A stretch of DNA of 64,000 nt from an uncultured Chlamydiae bacterium (GTDB lineage: Bacteria > Chlamydiota > Chlamydiia > Chlamydiales > SM23-39): assembly GCA_963730605.1 (NCBI GenBank), contig CAVSSM010000007.1, positions 128,001-192,000 on the forward strand, in the 5' to 3' direction. This document shows positions 50,854-62,383 of the stretch, one piece after another. A program made the translations under genes and the position numbers. Under the pieces are notes generated by a model that made no database searches, had not been told where the DNA came from, and worked only from the letters and a program-made list of their open reading frames with translations. Within the stretch, counting starts at the first letter, position 1; every line of letters starts with the position of its first letter.

Positions 50854-51722
50854 TAGTTCATTCTTTCTTTCATTTGCTGTTTTCCTCGTTCGATAGCTTG
50901 TTTGACCTTTTTCTCATTGTCTATCTCTTCTTGGATCACTTGATCGATTAAACCAGCGTTGAGCACTGTTTTGATCCCAAGTCGGGTTGCCTCCCTGCGA
51001 ACGCATTGTTCTTGAGCAGGTGCTAGAAAATGGCTGAACAGAAGAAAAGCAGTGAAGGCGGTTTGGTTATTTGTCGAGAGCCCGTTTTCTGGCAGATGCG
51101 CAATTTTTACAACAGTCTTGAAAGCAGCGATTTTGGACTCAGCCAAATTGTCCCTGAGTTGGAAAAATTGATTCAGCTCTCTTTTTTCTCGATGTAAGTT
51201 CTGTTCGAGCTGTTGTAGATCTCCTTCCAGTTGTCGAATTTGCTCGCGTCGCGGATAGGGGAGGAAGGATCTTCCTTGACCTGCGCTATTTTGCGCATGG
51301 AGGGCATGTATTTGCATTCGCATTTGCTCAACTTTTTCTTCCAAAGAAGATTTCTTTGTTTCGTCTATTTTCTGTATGCATCGGGAGAGAATCTTAAGAG
51401 AAGTGATCGGCTCCGGGGCATTTGCACTAAAGGCTGTCTTCGTTTTCTCCTGAAGGATCTGGAGAGCGCCATTTTCCAGGATCAGCTTGGGGGCTTGCTT
51501 TAGAAATGTATTCGTAAGAATCGCTAGCGTCTCGGATGGATCGGAGTTTTCAATGTTGATCCGTTTGAAACGACGAGCAAATGCTGCATTATTTACATAA
51601 ATATCTCGATAATATTCTTCTTCAGTCGTAATCCCAATTACATAGGGAAAATTGGCAGATCCAGGGTCTAGGCATGTCTTTAACTGTTCTCCAAATACCG
51701 CATGGTTTGTTTGACAGGCTAA

Positions 51723-53083
51723 GGGATTGTCTGAAGATAACTCGTACACTCTCATAGGAAATTTTTCAAATTTCCATAGATAAAAATATATATTGATGCT
51801 ACTCTTCCTGCCCTCAGAGTAGAGAGCGTGGTTTCTCAGAACATAATCCGAACAAAATATCTTCGAGTCAATCACTCATTGAACGAAAAAAGCCGTCGCT
51901 TGTGGTGTGCCGCTGAAGCGTTAGCACTTGGAAAGGGCGGAGTAACATTGGTGCATGCCGCTACTAAAGTTAGTCGTTCGACAATCTATTTGGGGATCAA
52001 AGATATCCAACAAAAACGGCGTCGGAAAAAATCCAAGGGACGTATTCGTAAAAAAGGTGGTGGAGCAAAACCCATTTCGAGCAAAATGCCTGGGATATTA
52101 TCGGTGCTGGAAACATTGATTGAGGCTTTCACCAAAGGAGATCCCGAGGTTTCCTTGAGGTGGACCAGTAAGAGTTTACGCAAACTATCCGCAGAGCTCA
52201 AAAATCGGGGATACGAAGTAGGTCGCTCTACGGTGGGCAATTTATTAGAGGAGGCCGGGTACAGTTTGCAGTTGAATAAGAAAGACAAAGAAGGCAAATC
52301 CGTGCCGGACAGAAACGCTCAATTTGAACACATCAATGAGCAGGCGAATGCATTCTTGCAAGAGAAACAGCCTGTGATTTCCGTTGACACCAAGAAAAAA
52401 GAATTGGTTGGGAATTTCAAAAATGGCGGGAGAGAATACCACAAGCGAGGAGAGCCAGTTAAGGTCGATGTTCATGATTTTCCCGACAAAGAAGCGGGGA
52501 AAGTGGCCCCGTATGGGGTATATGATATTGGCAAAAATAAGGGCTGGGTCAGTGTTGGAATTACGAGCGACACTGCTGAATTTGCTGTAAATACGATTCG
52601 TAGTTGGTGGCAAAAAATAGGAAAAAAAGACTATCGAAATGCCTCCAAGTTGATGATAACTGCCGATTGTGGTGGCAGCAATGGCAATAGGGTGAGGCTT
52701 TGGAAGTGGGAACTGCAAAAACTGGCAAATGAATTGGGGTTAGAAATTCATGTATGTCATTTCCCGCCAGCGACAAGTAAATGGAATAAAATCGAACACA
52801 AGATGTTCAGCTATATTTCTCAGAACTGGAGAGGGGTGCCGCTGATCACCCGTGAGGCGATCGTGCAGTTAATCGGTAGCACAAAAACGACCAAAGGGCT
52901 AGAAATTCAAGCCCAAATCGACTTCAGAGAGTATGAAAAAGGCAGAGAGATTAGCGATGAAGATTTTCGAGAGATTGCGATCACCTTCAATGAATTTCGG
53001 GGTGACTGGAATTATACCATTTCTCCAATGGTAAGAATCGGTATTTCCCTATGAAAGTGTACGAGTTATCCTCAGACAATCCC
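51723..53083 (+). mobile_element. ISAzo13-family insertion sequence
   Basis: 36-bp TIR GGGATTGTCTGA(A/G)GATAACTCGTACACT(C/T)TCATAGG; 3-bp TSD TAA. Confidence 0.93.
51828..53054 (+). CDS. ISAzo13 transposase
   Basis: ISVDTKKKELVG, TADCGGSNG, SKWNKIEH and WNYTI motifs. Confidence 0.94.
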   Translation: MVSQNIIRTKYLRVNHSLNEKSRRLWCAAEALALGKGGVTLVHAATKVSRSTIYLGIKDIQQKRRRKKSKGRIRKKGGGAKPISSKMPGILSVLETLIEAFTKGDPEVSLRWTSKSLRKLSAELKNRGYEVGRSTVGNLLEEAGYSLQLNKKDKEGKSVPDRNAQFEHINEQANAFLQEKQPVISVDTKKKELVGNFKNGGREYHKRGEPVKVDVHDFPDKEAGKVAPYGVYDIGKNKGWVSVGITSDTAEFAVNTIRSWWQKIGKKDYRNASKLMITADCGGSNGNRVRLWKWELQKLANELGLEIHVCHFPPATSKWNKIEHKMFSYISQNWRGVPLITREAIVQLIGSTKTTKGLEIQAQIDFREYEKGREISDEDFREIAITFNEFRGDWNYTISPMVRIGISL

Positions 53084-54234
53084 TAAATGGATTTCATCAA
53101 AGACAAGAATGATGTTATTGCGATGACGGCCAATCTCTTCGCTGATTTTAGATAATGCTTTATTTTCGCTTTGGAACATTTCAGAACTTTTGACTAGATC
53201 AGCGGTATTGAAATAAAACACCTGCTTTCCTCTGAGTTCTGGATAATCGCCGCGTTCAATTGCTTGCACAAATGCTTTCATCGTTTCTGTTTTTCCTACT
53301 CCCGATCGGCCGATGAGTAATGGATGTGTTTTTACTTTTGTACTGGCTAGGAGGGCATGTGCAACCTCATCCAAGGATTTTTTTCTTCCTTGAGAGACAA
53401 GTAATTCTCCTTGGTTGTATTGCTTGGTCCAATTTATGCCTTTGAAAAGATGAGAGGGGGCTGGCCGGATGTAGGGATAGATTAAGCTGAGACCCGCGAT
53501 AGAAGCAAGTGTCCATCCAATGGGAGCGCTTCCTACAACCGTTCCGATGATGGTGACGAGCAATGTGGAGAATTGAAGTAACATCATAATTTGCTGGCTT
53601 TTCCAGCTCGCCTCGAGAGGGCTGTCGGCAGGCTTGAAAAACTCTGCAATACCAAATCCAGAAAGGATGCTTTCGATCATGGAAATCAGTGAATTGAGAG
53701 CCGCAGACAATCTCAAACGAAGAGTTAATGACGGACGCTCATCACCCGCTTGCAATACCTGGAGCGCTTCGGAAAGCATCTCTTTTGCTGTTTGCAATGC
53801 ATCTATATGCAGCGGATGCTCGATTTGAATCGCTTTTTGAAGCTGTTGAAGGGGGATAATTTCCGCCAGTTGTTCCATGGTTTTGATTGGGTTGTCTAAG
53901 CAGGCAATTCTTCGCGTTACTATATCTAAGACTTCTTTTAATTGTTCGTTGGAAAGAGCTGAAATATTTCGCTTCCATTCAGTTTTGTTGTTGAAAACAT
54001 GACCAATGCGAAGGTTGTGCATAATTTTATGTGCAATCGTATGCGTTGTGGAATCGATTGTTTTTTTAATCATAGAATTGCGAAGAAGTAGAGGTTCTTG
54101 AGATCGTGTATTTGAAAAAATGGATCGGCATTGAACGGTAGGCATGATTCTCCAGAAATTGCTATTTATTGTAAAAACATACAATATCTTAAATACAAAA
54201 TCAATTGATAATGTTAAATCCTGAACCAAATGAC

Positions 54235-54744
54235 CTTTGTACTGGACAAAAAATAAATTCATAGCTTGCAACCACCTGGTTCTAAACAAGTAAAACACGG
54301 TAGTCGCCTGAATTTTCTCAGAATCCACCTCCCAAAAATCGCCCTACGGATCAGATTTAGCCCCTCCCTAAAGAGGCTCCTCGCCTTTCTCCCGTGAGTT
54401 TTGACCTCTATCGCCTGTATCTGATCCTTGATATCCCTCATTCGATATGCCCAGCAGAAAGCGATCGCGAGGACGAACACCATCTTCTCAATCTTGATCG
54501 ATGATGTGTGTGTCCTCCATTCGGAACCCACGGGTCTTCAAACAACCGAACATGGTTCTGACGACGAACAGAGCCTGAATGATTTGCCCTAGACAGGCGA
54601 GACGGCACTTGTGCCAATCGAAAAAAATGGATAAAGTTGCTTGCAACTCGCTGATGTGTTTCATTATACCTCGATGCTTGAAAGACAACGAGATATGATC
54701 GGCCTTCAGCGAGCCATTGTCAGCAACTTATTTTTTGTCCAGTA
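54235..54744 (-). mobile_element. Internally deleted IS4-family element (last 5 bp displaced to 58296-58300)
   Basis: TIR CT(T/C)TGTACTGGACAAAAAATAAA; fragments MFGCLKTRGFRMEDTH and FVLAIAFCWAY. Confidence 0.82.
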
Positions 54745-55191
54745 CTACAGCGTTTCATTAATTTTGACATAATTTCTTGATAAAAAATATACTTGACGCC
54801 TTGTAAAATTCGTGGGAGTGCAGGTATGCGAAAGAAGTATAAAGTCAAGTTAACACCTAGTCAGCGCAAGCAATTACTCGAAGTTGTGCATAAAGGAAAG
54901 CAGAAGGCAAAAACAATCACTCATGCTCGAATACTATTGCAGGCAGATTCTGGTGAAGAGGGGCCGGGTTTGAGAGCAAAAGCTATTGCGGCAGGGTTGA
55001 ATATTCACGAACGCACTGTACATCGAGTCAGAGAATCTTTCGCAAACGATGGACTGGAAGCTGCTTTGCACCGAAAAAAACATCGCCAATACAAACCAAG
55101 AAAACTCGATGGTGATCAAGAAGCCCATCTGGTTGCCATATGTTGCGGGGCCCCTCCGGAAGGGCGCAAAGAATGGACCTTGAGATTGTTA

Positions 55192-56308
55192 TACCGCTCG
55201 TGATTCAAAATTTTGATGCGTGAAAATTTCCCTTGACTGCACAATGGCTGCGTGAATTTTTTAACCGACTCAGAACGACAGGAACTCAAACTCCGGCACC
55301 GGGGGGACCGCGATGGGCGGGTGCGTGATCGAATAAAGGCTGTTCTCCTCTATGATGAGGGGTGGGCTCCCAAAGACATTGCCAGGGTTCTGTTGATTTC
55401 TGACGAAGCAGTTCGTCACCATGTTGACGCATACAAAACGTCGAAAAAATTGCGCCCCGAAAGCGGCGGCTCCGAGGAGAAACTATCCCAAACGCAGTCC
55501 GAGCAACTTGAGGCTCATCTTCAAGAACACACGTACCTTTACGTCAAGGATATCGTCGCATATGTAGAAGTGACTTTCGGTATTGTCTATACCGTCCACG
55601 GATTGAGGGATTGGCTGCGAAGACACGGATTTTCCTACAAAAAACCCGCCGTTGTACCCGGGAAAGCCAACAAAGAGCAGCAACAAAAGTGGCTCGCCGG
55701 ATACGAGAAACTCAAGGCAGAACTCCTCGAGGATGAGACTATCTGCTTTATTGACGGCGTTCATCCAACGCACAATGTGCAGCCTGCTTATGGGTGGATC
55801 AAAAAAGGCGTGCGTAAAGAGATCCCAGCAAACACAGGACGTGCCAGGCTCAATCTTTCAGGGAGCATCGATGTCATCACCCACAGTGTGGTAATCCAAG
55901 AAGACGAGACTTTAAACGCAGAATCGATAATCCGGTTTTTCCAAAAGATCGAAGAATTTTACCCGAGTAAACGAAAGATCCATGTATTTTGCGATAATGC
56001 ACCGTACTATCGGAATAGGGCTGTGAGGCAGTACCTAGAAACGGCAAAAGTTTGTTTGCACTTTTTACCGCCCTATAGCCCCAATCTAAACCCGATAGAA
56101 CGACTGTGGAAATGGATGAAGGAGCGGGTAGTTTACAATACTTATTACGAGTACTTTGAAGACTTTAGAGGAGCGATTCTTGGTTTTTTCGCTGTATTGG
56201 CGACTGTGACCGCGGAGTCAACTTTAGGCCGGGATTTAAGAAGCCGGGTTAGGGATAAATTTAGTCCCTTTCAGGCACCTGCTGCCAAGTTTTGAATTTC
56301 CTTGGGTA
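55192..56308 (+). mobile_element. IS630-family element (nested 1), intact transposase 55252-56295
   Basis: TA TSD; CFIDG, CDNAPY and LPPYSPNLNPIERLW motifs. Confidence 0.92.
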
Positions 56309-56331
56309 TAAGCGAAAGACTGGTTCAGCTA

Positions 56332-57527
56332 GTACCTGACCACAAAAGTTTTCATGGGTAGAGCCTCTTCATTTTCACTCGCGCATCTGGGATAGCAAAT
56401 CCCCAAAGGATCTTTGCCCGTCTAGCATTTCTATCTGATACATAAGCGGCCACCTCTCTACCGAGAACTTCTTTTGAGCCTATTCGCCTTTTGAGGCACT
56501 GACCGCCAAGAACAGAAATTTCAATCTCTGCCATGTTCAACCAACTTGCATGTTTTGGCGTATGGCGCACCTCTAATTTCTTAATGATCCTCCTGGCTTC
56601 TTCGGGCTCAAACGTCTCGTAGAGATTAGCCAGTCGATGCGTATTCAAATTGTCCATGACAACCCTAATTTTTTCTGCCTCGGGAAAATGTTTGTCCACC
56701 AGATCCTTCATGCACTCGGCAAAATCTTTTTTTGTTCTCTGGTCTGTGACTTTTATTTCCCGCCAGCCTCCCAAGGGCTGTACAAAAACAAAGAGGTTGC
56801 TTGTTCCATTCCTTTCGTACTCATAATCTCGGCGTTTGACTCTCCCTGGCACTGCGGCAATTGGCGCCAACACATCATCTACCAATTGGACTGGTGTTTC
56901 ATCAAAACACACAACGGGTTTCTTTTCGTTCAGCGGCTCCTCATATAAATCTAAAACATCTTCCATCCGACAAATATACTCGTAATCCACTTCTGGAACA
57001 CACCAACTCTTTACTTGCCATGGCTTTATTTCGTTTTTTTTAATGTTCTGCGAACCGTTTCGTCCGATATGGAATCTGTCAACTCTAGCGTAATGCAACG
57101 ATCCGCAAGTAGCTGCATTGTCCAGCAGGCGCGTCCTTCGGGCGCCTCGCTGCAAGCAAGCGCGATTAAATGGGCTTTAGCCTTTCCAACCATCTTCTCC
57201 GGTCTTCCGGATCGCGCTTTTTCATTGAGTGATTGTTGTAGCCCGTGTTCACAGTAGGCTTTTCTTGTATTGTAAACGCTCACCTCGCTGCACCGTAGCA
57301 AAGAGGCAATCTCTTTATCTGGTTTCTTCTCATCAGCGAATAACAGAGTTTGCGCTCTTCTGATAATCCGCGCGGATGACTTCCCTTTTCTAACAATGTC
57401 CTCGAGTTCGCTGCGCACCTCAACTGTGAGATGAACGGACCATTTTTTGTTCATAGCTGCCTCCAAATGAAAGGCATATATGGAACACTATTCAAACATT
57501 TTTTTAAAAACTTTTGTGGTCAGGTAC
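56332..57527 (-). mobile_element. IS630-family element (nested 2), two-ORF transposase with A-run frameshift
   Basis: 21-bp TIR GTACCTGACCACAAAAGTTTT; TA TSD; LKK/NEIKPW junction; TPKHASWLNMAEIE. Confidence 0.92.
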
Positions 57528-58300
57528 TAGAAGTTATTGATTCTATTTCCAGAAGCACAGTCCATCGCACTTTAAAAAAAATGAACTTAAGCCCTGGCTA
57601 AAGAAAGAATGGTGTATTCCTCCTGAGGAAAACGCTGACTTTGTTTGCCGAATGGAAAATGTGTTAGGCCTCTATAAGTGCCCATACAATCCAGAATATC
57701 CAATGATTTGCATGGATGAGTCGAGTAAGCAACACGAGGCAGGAAAGCTGGATAACATTCCAGCAAAACGAGGTAAGGTTGAACGCTTTGATACAGGATA
57801 TGAGCGCAATGGCGTGAGTAATATTCTGCTGAGTTTTGAGCCACTAACAGGGAAACGATACATTGATGTTTCGGAGAGAAGGACTCGATTGGATTGGGCC
57901 AAACATATACAGAAACTTGTAGAGGAGCATTATCCCAAGGCAAAAAAGATCCTCTTGGTCTGCGATAATTTAAATATCCATACAGGTGCTGCTCTTTATG
58001 AGCTTCTGCCGCCCAAAGAGGCGAAAAGGATCGTAGACCGTCTGGAATTTCGTTATACGCCGAAACATGGGAGCTGGTTAAACATGGCAGAAATCGAATT
58101 AAGCCACCTTTCCAGGCAATGTTTAAACCGACGCCTAAGAGACATAGTCGAGGTTAAAAAAGAAGTTGCCTCCTGGCTAGAGGGCAGAAACAAGGATGCG
58201 CATGTTATAGACTGGCGCTTCACAGTTGAGGACGCAAGAATCAAGCTAAAAAAGCTTTACCCCACAATTGGCAAAATTAATGAAACGCTGTAGTACAGAG

Positions 58301-58380
58301 CTAGCAAGCGGATCCAAGTCTTCTTTCTGCCATTGGCGCAAGACAAGGCGTTCTGTTTTAATAATAGCCTTCGTATCCAT
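58301..58380 (-). pseudogene. N-terminal fragment of a RimJ/RimL-type GNAT acetyltransferase
   Basis: MDTKAIIKTERLVLRQWQKEDLDPLA, cut by the IS4 end. Confidence 0.72.
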
Positions 58381-58507
58381 TTGTATGACAACCTCTTATC
58401 TTCTAGAGCATCGGAAGCCTTCAAACCTAACCGTTATAGCACCCCGCGCGTTTTCCTATGAAGATCATTAAGGTCTTGTTCAGGCAGATTCCAGACAATT
58501 CCTTTGA

Positions 58508-58541
58508 ATTCAGGTCAATTGCGTAAAAAATGCGGAAAATT
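58508..58541 (+). repeat. 34-bp direct repeat, copy 2
   Basis: ATTCAGGTCAATTGCGTAAAAAATGCGGAAAATT, 59 bp upstream of the SNF2 start. Confidence 0.9.
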
Positions 58542-58600
58542 CTCGCCCAAAAACTTTTTGAAGCCATACAATGTCCTATCGTTTTGTCAGCTAGGGTCTC

Positions 58601-61303
58601 ATGAGTCCGGAAATTGCTCAGTTAGATGTCTCTGTAGAACTGAGCTTGTCTCCTGAGGGTCGTGTCTATGTCAATAGAGATAGACAGTCGGATGAACGTT
58701 TGCTTTTAGCCGAATGTACAAAAATCGAGGAATTCTTTGTTAAGAGCGTTCCTTATGCCCTTCTGCATTTGGGACTTCGCGATTTCGAATCTCTACCCTC
58801 TAGTTTTTTATTCTGGCAGACCTTTTCTCGTCAATTTATCATACGTGTTTGTCAATTACAGAGTACTGAGAATCAGGGCAAAATCATTATCGATGAACCA
58901 AGTAGCGATGAACTCCGAGCCATCCTAGATAAAGCACCCTTCATGCAAGGAACGGAATATCTTTCGGAAGAAGTCCTAATTGATATTTGGAGGCAGATGG
59001 TAGAGATCCTGAATCAAGAACTCACCGCTTTTTCAGGGTCCATACAAGCATATTTAGGTCAATATAGTTCCCGTTGGAACCAAGTAGGGCGGGTTTGTTT
59101 TCACTTAGCGGAAAATAAAAATAACGAAAAGAAGCCGTTTGCTTTTTTGGCTACTTACACGCAGCTCAGCCGTCACGGCGCCCTTCCGCAACATTTGCCT
59201 TTGAAGCGGGCGTTGCAAGAGTCCGCAAAGGATGCAACACGCTCTGACCTACTATCTCTTCTTATTCCTGTACAAAAAGCGGCAGCCCAAAGCCCTTTTG
59301 TTAAAGGACTTGTTGATGCAGGGACTATTTTTGAAGCCATGGCTTGGACGACCCGTGATGCGCACAGGTTTTTACAAGACATTCCCTTAATGGAGGCAAG
59401 CGGTGTGATGATTCGCGTGCCGAACTGGTGGAATCCGCAAAAACCGCCGAAACTGAAAGCGGAAGTGCATTTAGGGGAACGGTCTGGCTCTATTTTGGGG
59501 TTAGGGAGTTTGCTGGAATTTGATATTCGTCTGGCTCATGCTAATGGGGAATCCTTGACGAGAGATGAGTGGCTTGAACTCATGCAAGGCGATGGGGGGT
59601 TGGTTAAAGTCAAGGGGCAGTGGATCGAAGTGGATAAAGAGAAGCTTAAAGCTCTCCTTTCTCACTGGGATCATCTGAAACAAACCAAACGAGAAGGTCT
59701 CTCAATGGCGGAGGGTTTACGCCTTTTGGCGGGGATGGATACGATGGCTGTACCCGGAGGCAAAACAGAGGAAACTTCTGTCGAATGGTTTCAAGTCACT
59801 GCGGGAAATTGGTTAAAGACCGTTTTGGAACAGCTTAAATGTCCGCACCATTCTCAAAAAAAAGCACTGGAAGAGGCATTAGATAAAAACCTTCGCGGAG
59901 AGCTCCGCCCCTATCAGAAGAAAGGAGTTCAATGGCTCTGGGTACTGTATCAACTGAGATTGGGAGGCTGCCTTGCGGATGATATGGGACTTGGCAAAAC
60001 CATTCAGGTTCTCTCTTTGCTCTTGGCAATTAAAGAAACGGGCGCCACAGATAAACCTCATCTCTTAGTAGTTCCCGCCTCATTATTAGGAAATTGGCTG
60101 TCAGAAGCAGCCCGCTTTGCTCCAACGCTTAAAGTGACTCTCGCACATAGCTCGGCAAAAGAAAGGCTGGAAGGCGTTGATCTTGTCCTCACTACATACG
60201 GATTTCTTCAACGGGAAAAAACACTGCAAGAGACCAGGTGGAATCTCGTCATTTTGGATGAGGCGCAGTCGATCAAAAATCCTAATGCAAAACAGACTCT
60301 CGCAGTGAAGGGCTTGATGAGCGACGTGCGTCTTGCTCTCACAGGGACACCCGTTGAAAATCGGGTTGGCGACCTATGGTCCCTCTTTGACTTTACTTCC
60401 CCAGGCCTTTTGGGTTCGGCTAAGGCATTTGCAGGTTACTCGAAACAGGCGGAGCGCGCCCATTTTATGGCAGCTCTTCGTAAACTTACACAGCCCTACA
60501 TCCTCAGACGGCTTAAAAGCGATAAAAGCATTATTTCTGATCTTCCCGCTAAAACAGAAATGAAAATCTACTGCTACTTAAGCAAAGCGCAGATTCGCTT
60601 GTATGCACAAGCGATTGAAGAATTGGGGAAACAACTGGAAGAAGCCGAAGGAATCCAACGACGCGGACTTGTCTTATCCTCCCTGATGCGCCTCAAGCAA
60701 ATTTGCAATCACCCCTCTCAATGGTTGGGGTTTGGAGAATTTGCTGAAGAGGAAAGCGGCAAATGGACCCGTTTGCGAGAAATTTGCGAACAGATCGCTG
60801 AAAAACAAGAGAAAGTTCTGATTTTTACACAGTTTAAAGAAATCATCAATCCTCTGTTTTTGTTCTTAACCAACCTATTTGGCAAGGAAGGGCTAACCCT
60901 TCATGGGGATATTGCAGTCTCAAAGCGAGCTGCCTTAGTGGAGAAATTCCAACAAGACCAGGGACCGCCTTTCTTCATCCTCTCTCTCAAGGCGGGAGGA
61001 ATCGGGTTGAACCTCACAAAGGCGTCTCACGTTATTCACTTTGACCGTTGGTGGAATCCAGCTGTTGAAAACCAGGCTACGGATCGTGCCTATCGCATTG
61101 GGCAAAAGCATCCCGTATTGGTGCATCAATTTATTTGCCAAGGAACAATTGAGGAAAAAATCGATACTTTGATCGAAGCGAAGAAAAATTTATCAAAAGA
61201 GCTGCTGGAAGAAGGAAAGGAAATCTCTCTCACCGAACTATCGAATGAACAGGTGTTGCAGATGGTTTCTCTCGATATTCAGCGCGCAATGGGAGAGGAA
61301 TAA
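58601..61303 (+). CDS. SNF2-family helicase/ATPase
   Basis: LADDMGLGKT, ILDEAQ, LTGTPVEN, SLKAGGIGLNL and WWNPAVENQATDRAYRIGQ motifs. Confidence 0.96.
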   Translation: MSPEIAQLDVSVELSLSPEGRVYVNRDRQSDERLLLAECTKIEEFFVKSVPYALLHLGLRDFESLPSSFLFWQTFSRQFIIRVCQLQSTENQGKIIIDEPSSDELRAILDKAPFMQGTEYLSEEVLIDIWRQMVEILNQELTAFSGSIQAYLGQYSSRWNQVGRVCFHLAENKNNEKKPFAFLATYTQLSRHGALPQHLPLKRALQESAKDATRSDLLSLLIPVQKAAAQSPFVKGLVDAGTIFEAMAWTTRDAHRFLQDIPLMEASGVMIRVPNWWNPQKPPKLKAEVHLGERSGSILGLGSLLEFDIRLAHANGESLTRDEWLELMQGDGGLVKVKGQWIEVDKEKLKALLSHWDHLKQTKREGLSMAEGLRLLAGMDTMAVPGGKTEETSVEWFQVTAGNWLKTVLEQLKCPHHSQKKALEEALDKNLRGELRPYQKKGVQWLWVLYQLRLGGCLADDMGLGKTIQVLSLLLAIKETGATDKPHLLVVPASLLGNWLSEAARFAPTLKVTLAHSSAKERLEGVDLVLTTYGFLQREKTLQETRWNLVILDEAQSIKNPNAKQTLAVKGLMSDVRLALTGTPVENRVGDLWSLFDFTSPGLLGSAKAFAGYSKQAERAHFMAALRKLTQPYILRRLKSDKSIISDLPAKTEMKIYCYLSKAQIRLYAQAIEELGKQLEEAEGIQRRGLVLSSLMRLKQICNHPSQWLGFGEFAEEESGKWTRLREICEQIAEKQEKVLIFTQFKEIINPLFLFLTNLFGKEGLTLHGDIAVSKRAALVEKFQQDQGPPFFILSLKAGGIGLNLTKASHVIHFDRWWNPAVENQATDRAYRIGQKHPVLVHQFICQGTIEEKIDTLIEAKKNLSKELLEEGKEISLTELSNEQVLQMVSLDIQRAMGEE

Positions 61304-61304
61304 A

Positions 61305-62263
61305 ATGAGATATTGGGCGCCTTATATGCCAGTTGCTAAAAGGAGAGCGCAAGCAGCCAAACAACTACAGAAGGTAAAAGCGAAGGGCAAGGCTTTAAAT
61401 CCCGTGGTTATCGCTGGGCGCCAGATTGCGAATACATTTTGGGGAAAAGCTTGGTGCGATAATCTAGAAAACTACAGCGACTATGCCAATCGCCTGCCGC
61501 GAGGGAGGACTTATGTCCGGAACGGCTCCGTGCTCGACCTCAAGATCGCTAAGGGGGCAATTTTGGCCCAAGTAATGGGGTCTTATCTTTACGAGGTTGC
61601 TATTGAAATTAAGGCCATGCCCGCTTCAAAGTGGACTAGCCTTGTTAAGAGATGCTCTGGGAAAATTGAGTCTCTGATCGAGTTGCTCCAGGGAAAATTT
61701 TCAAACGCTGTTATGTCGATGATCATTGATAAAGAGAGCGGCTTATTTCCCCGCCCCAATGAAATTGAGATGTCATGCAGCTGCCCCGACGGCGTGAGAA
61801 TGTGCAAACATACCGCGGCCGTTCTTTACGGCATCGGCGCTTGCCTCGACCAGCAACCTGAGAAGCTCTTTATAATGAGGCATGTCGATCATCTGGAGCT
61901 TATTGCTCAGGCAAGTACGGATGGTATTATCGCTGCATCTCAGCCAAGTGCAGATACTCTTGAAGACAGCGACCTCTCAGATGTATTCGGCATCGTAATG
62001 GCGCCAGCCGGTGAGAAAAAAAAGCACCCTTAGCCACACAAAAGAAAGCTCCCTCTCAAAAACCCAAAAAGAAGACGATTTTTCATTCCGACGAACGGAC
62101 GGAATTATCTGTACCACAAGCGGCGGTCCTCTTAAAACTCTCCGAAGCTCGCCTCCTTAGGTTGCTCAATGATAAAATGATCCCTTTTCGTCGAGAAAGG
62201 AAGCAGCGCTGGATTGCATTTGAAGAGATTATTAAATACAGAAAAAATCGAGGGCAAATATGA
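61305..62263 (+). CDS. SWIM zinc-finger protein, probably fused to an excisionase-type HTH across an A8 frameshift
   Basis: NRLPRGRTY and CSCPDGVRMCKH SWIM motif, stop at 62033; the -1 frame continues ELSVPQAAVLLKLSEARLLRLL...IPFRR to 62263. Confidence 0.82.
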
Positions 62264-62383
62264 GATCATTTGATATTTTTCTTAGGATGGTAGATAGACG
62301 CTTGAATCTCCATTAGCAAGGAGAGAGATTTTACAGAGGGCTCAAAAGTCAGGAAAAGAGAAATTTTTTCTGGAATACAAATA

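Larger units (their letters stand above)
50853..54145 (-). pseudogene. Membrane-anchored ClpA/B-like AAA+ ATPase interrupted by ISAzo13
   Basis: GRSGVGKT, VFDEIHL|ACQ, IGITT and AFARRF; in frame (642 aa) after removing the IS and one TAA. Confidence 0.88.
54745..58293 (+). mobile_element. IS630-family element (outer), interrupted twice
   Basis: 22-bp TIR CTACAGCGTTTCATTAATTTTG; TA TSD; transposase pieces WTLRLL|SERLVQL|EVIDSIS...TPKHGSWLNMAEIE. Confidence 0.92.

Noticed and set aside
57026..57600. A-run frameshifts in IS630 transposases as novel recoding
   Set aside because: Frameshifting at the LKK/NE junction is a known feature of two-ORF IS630 elements.
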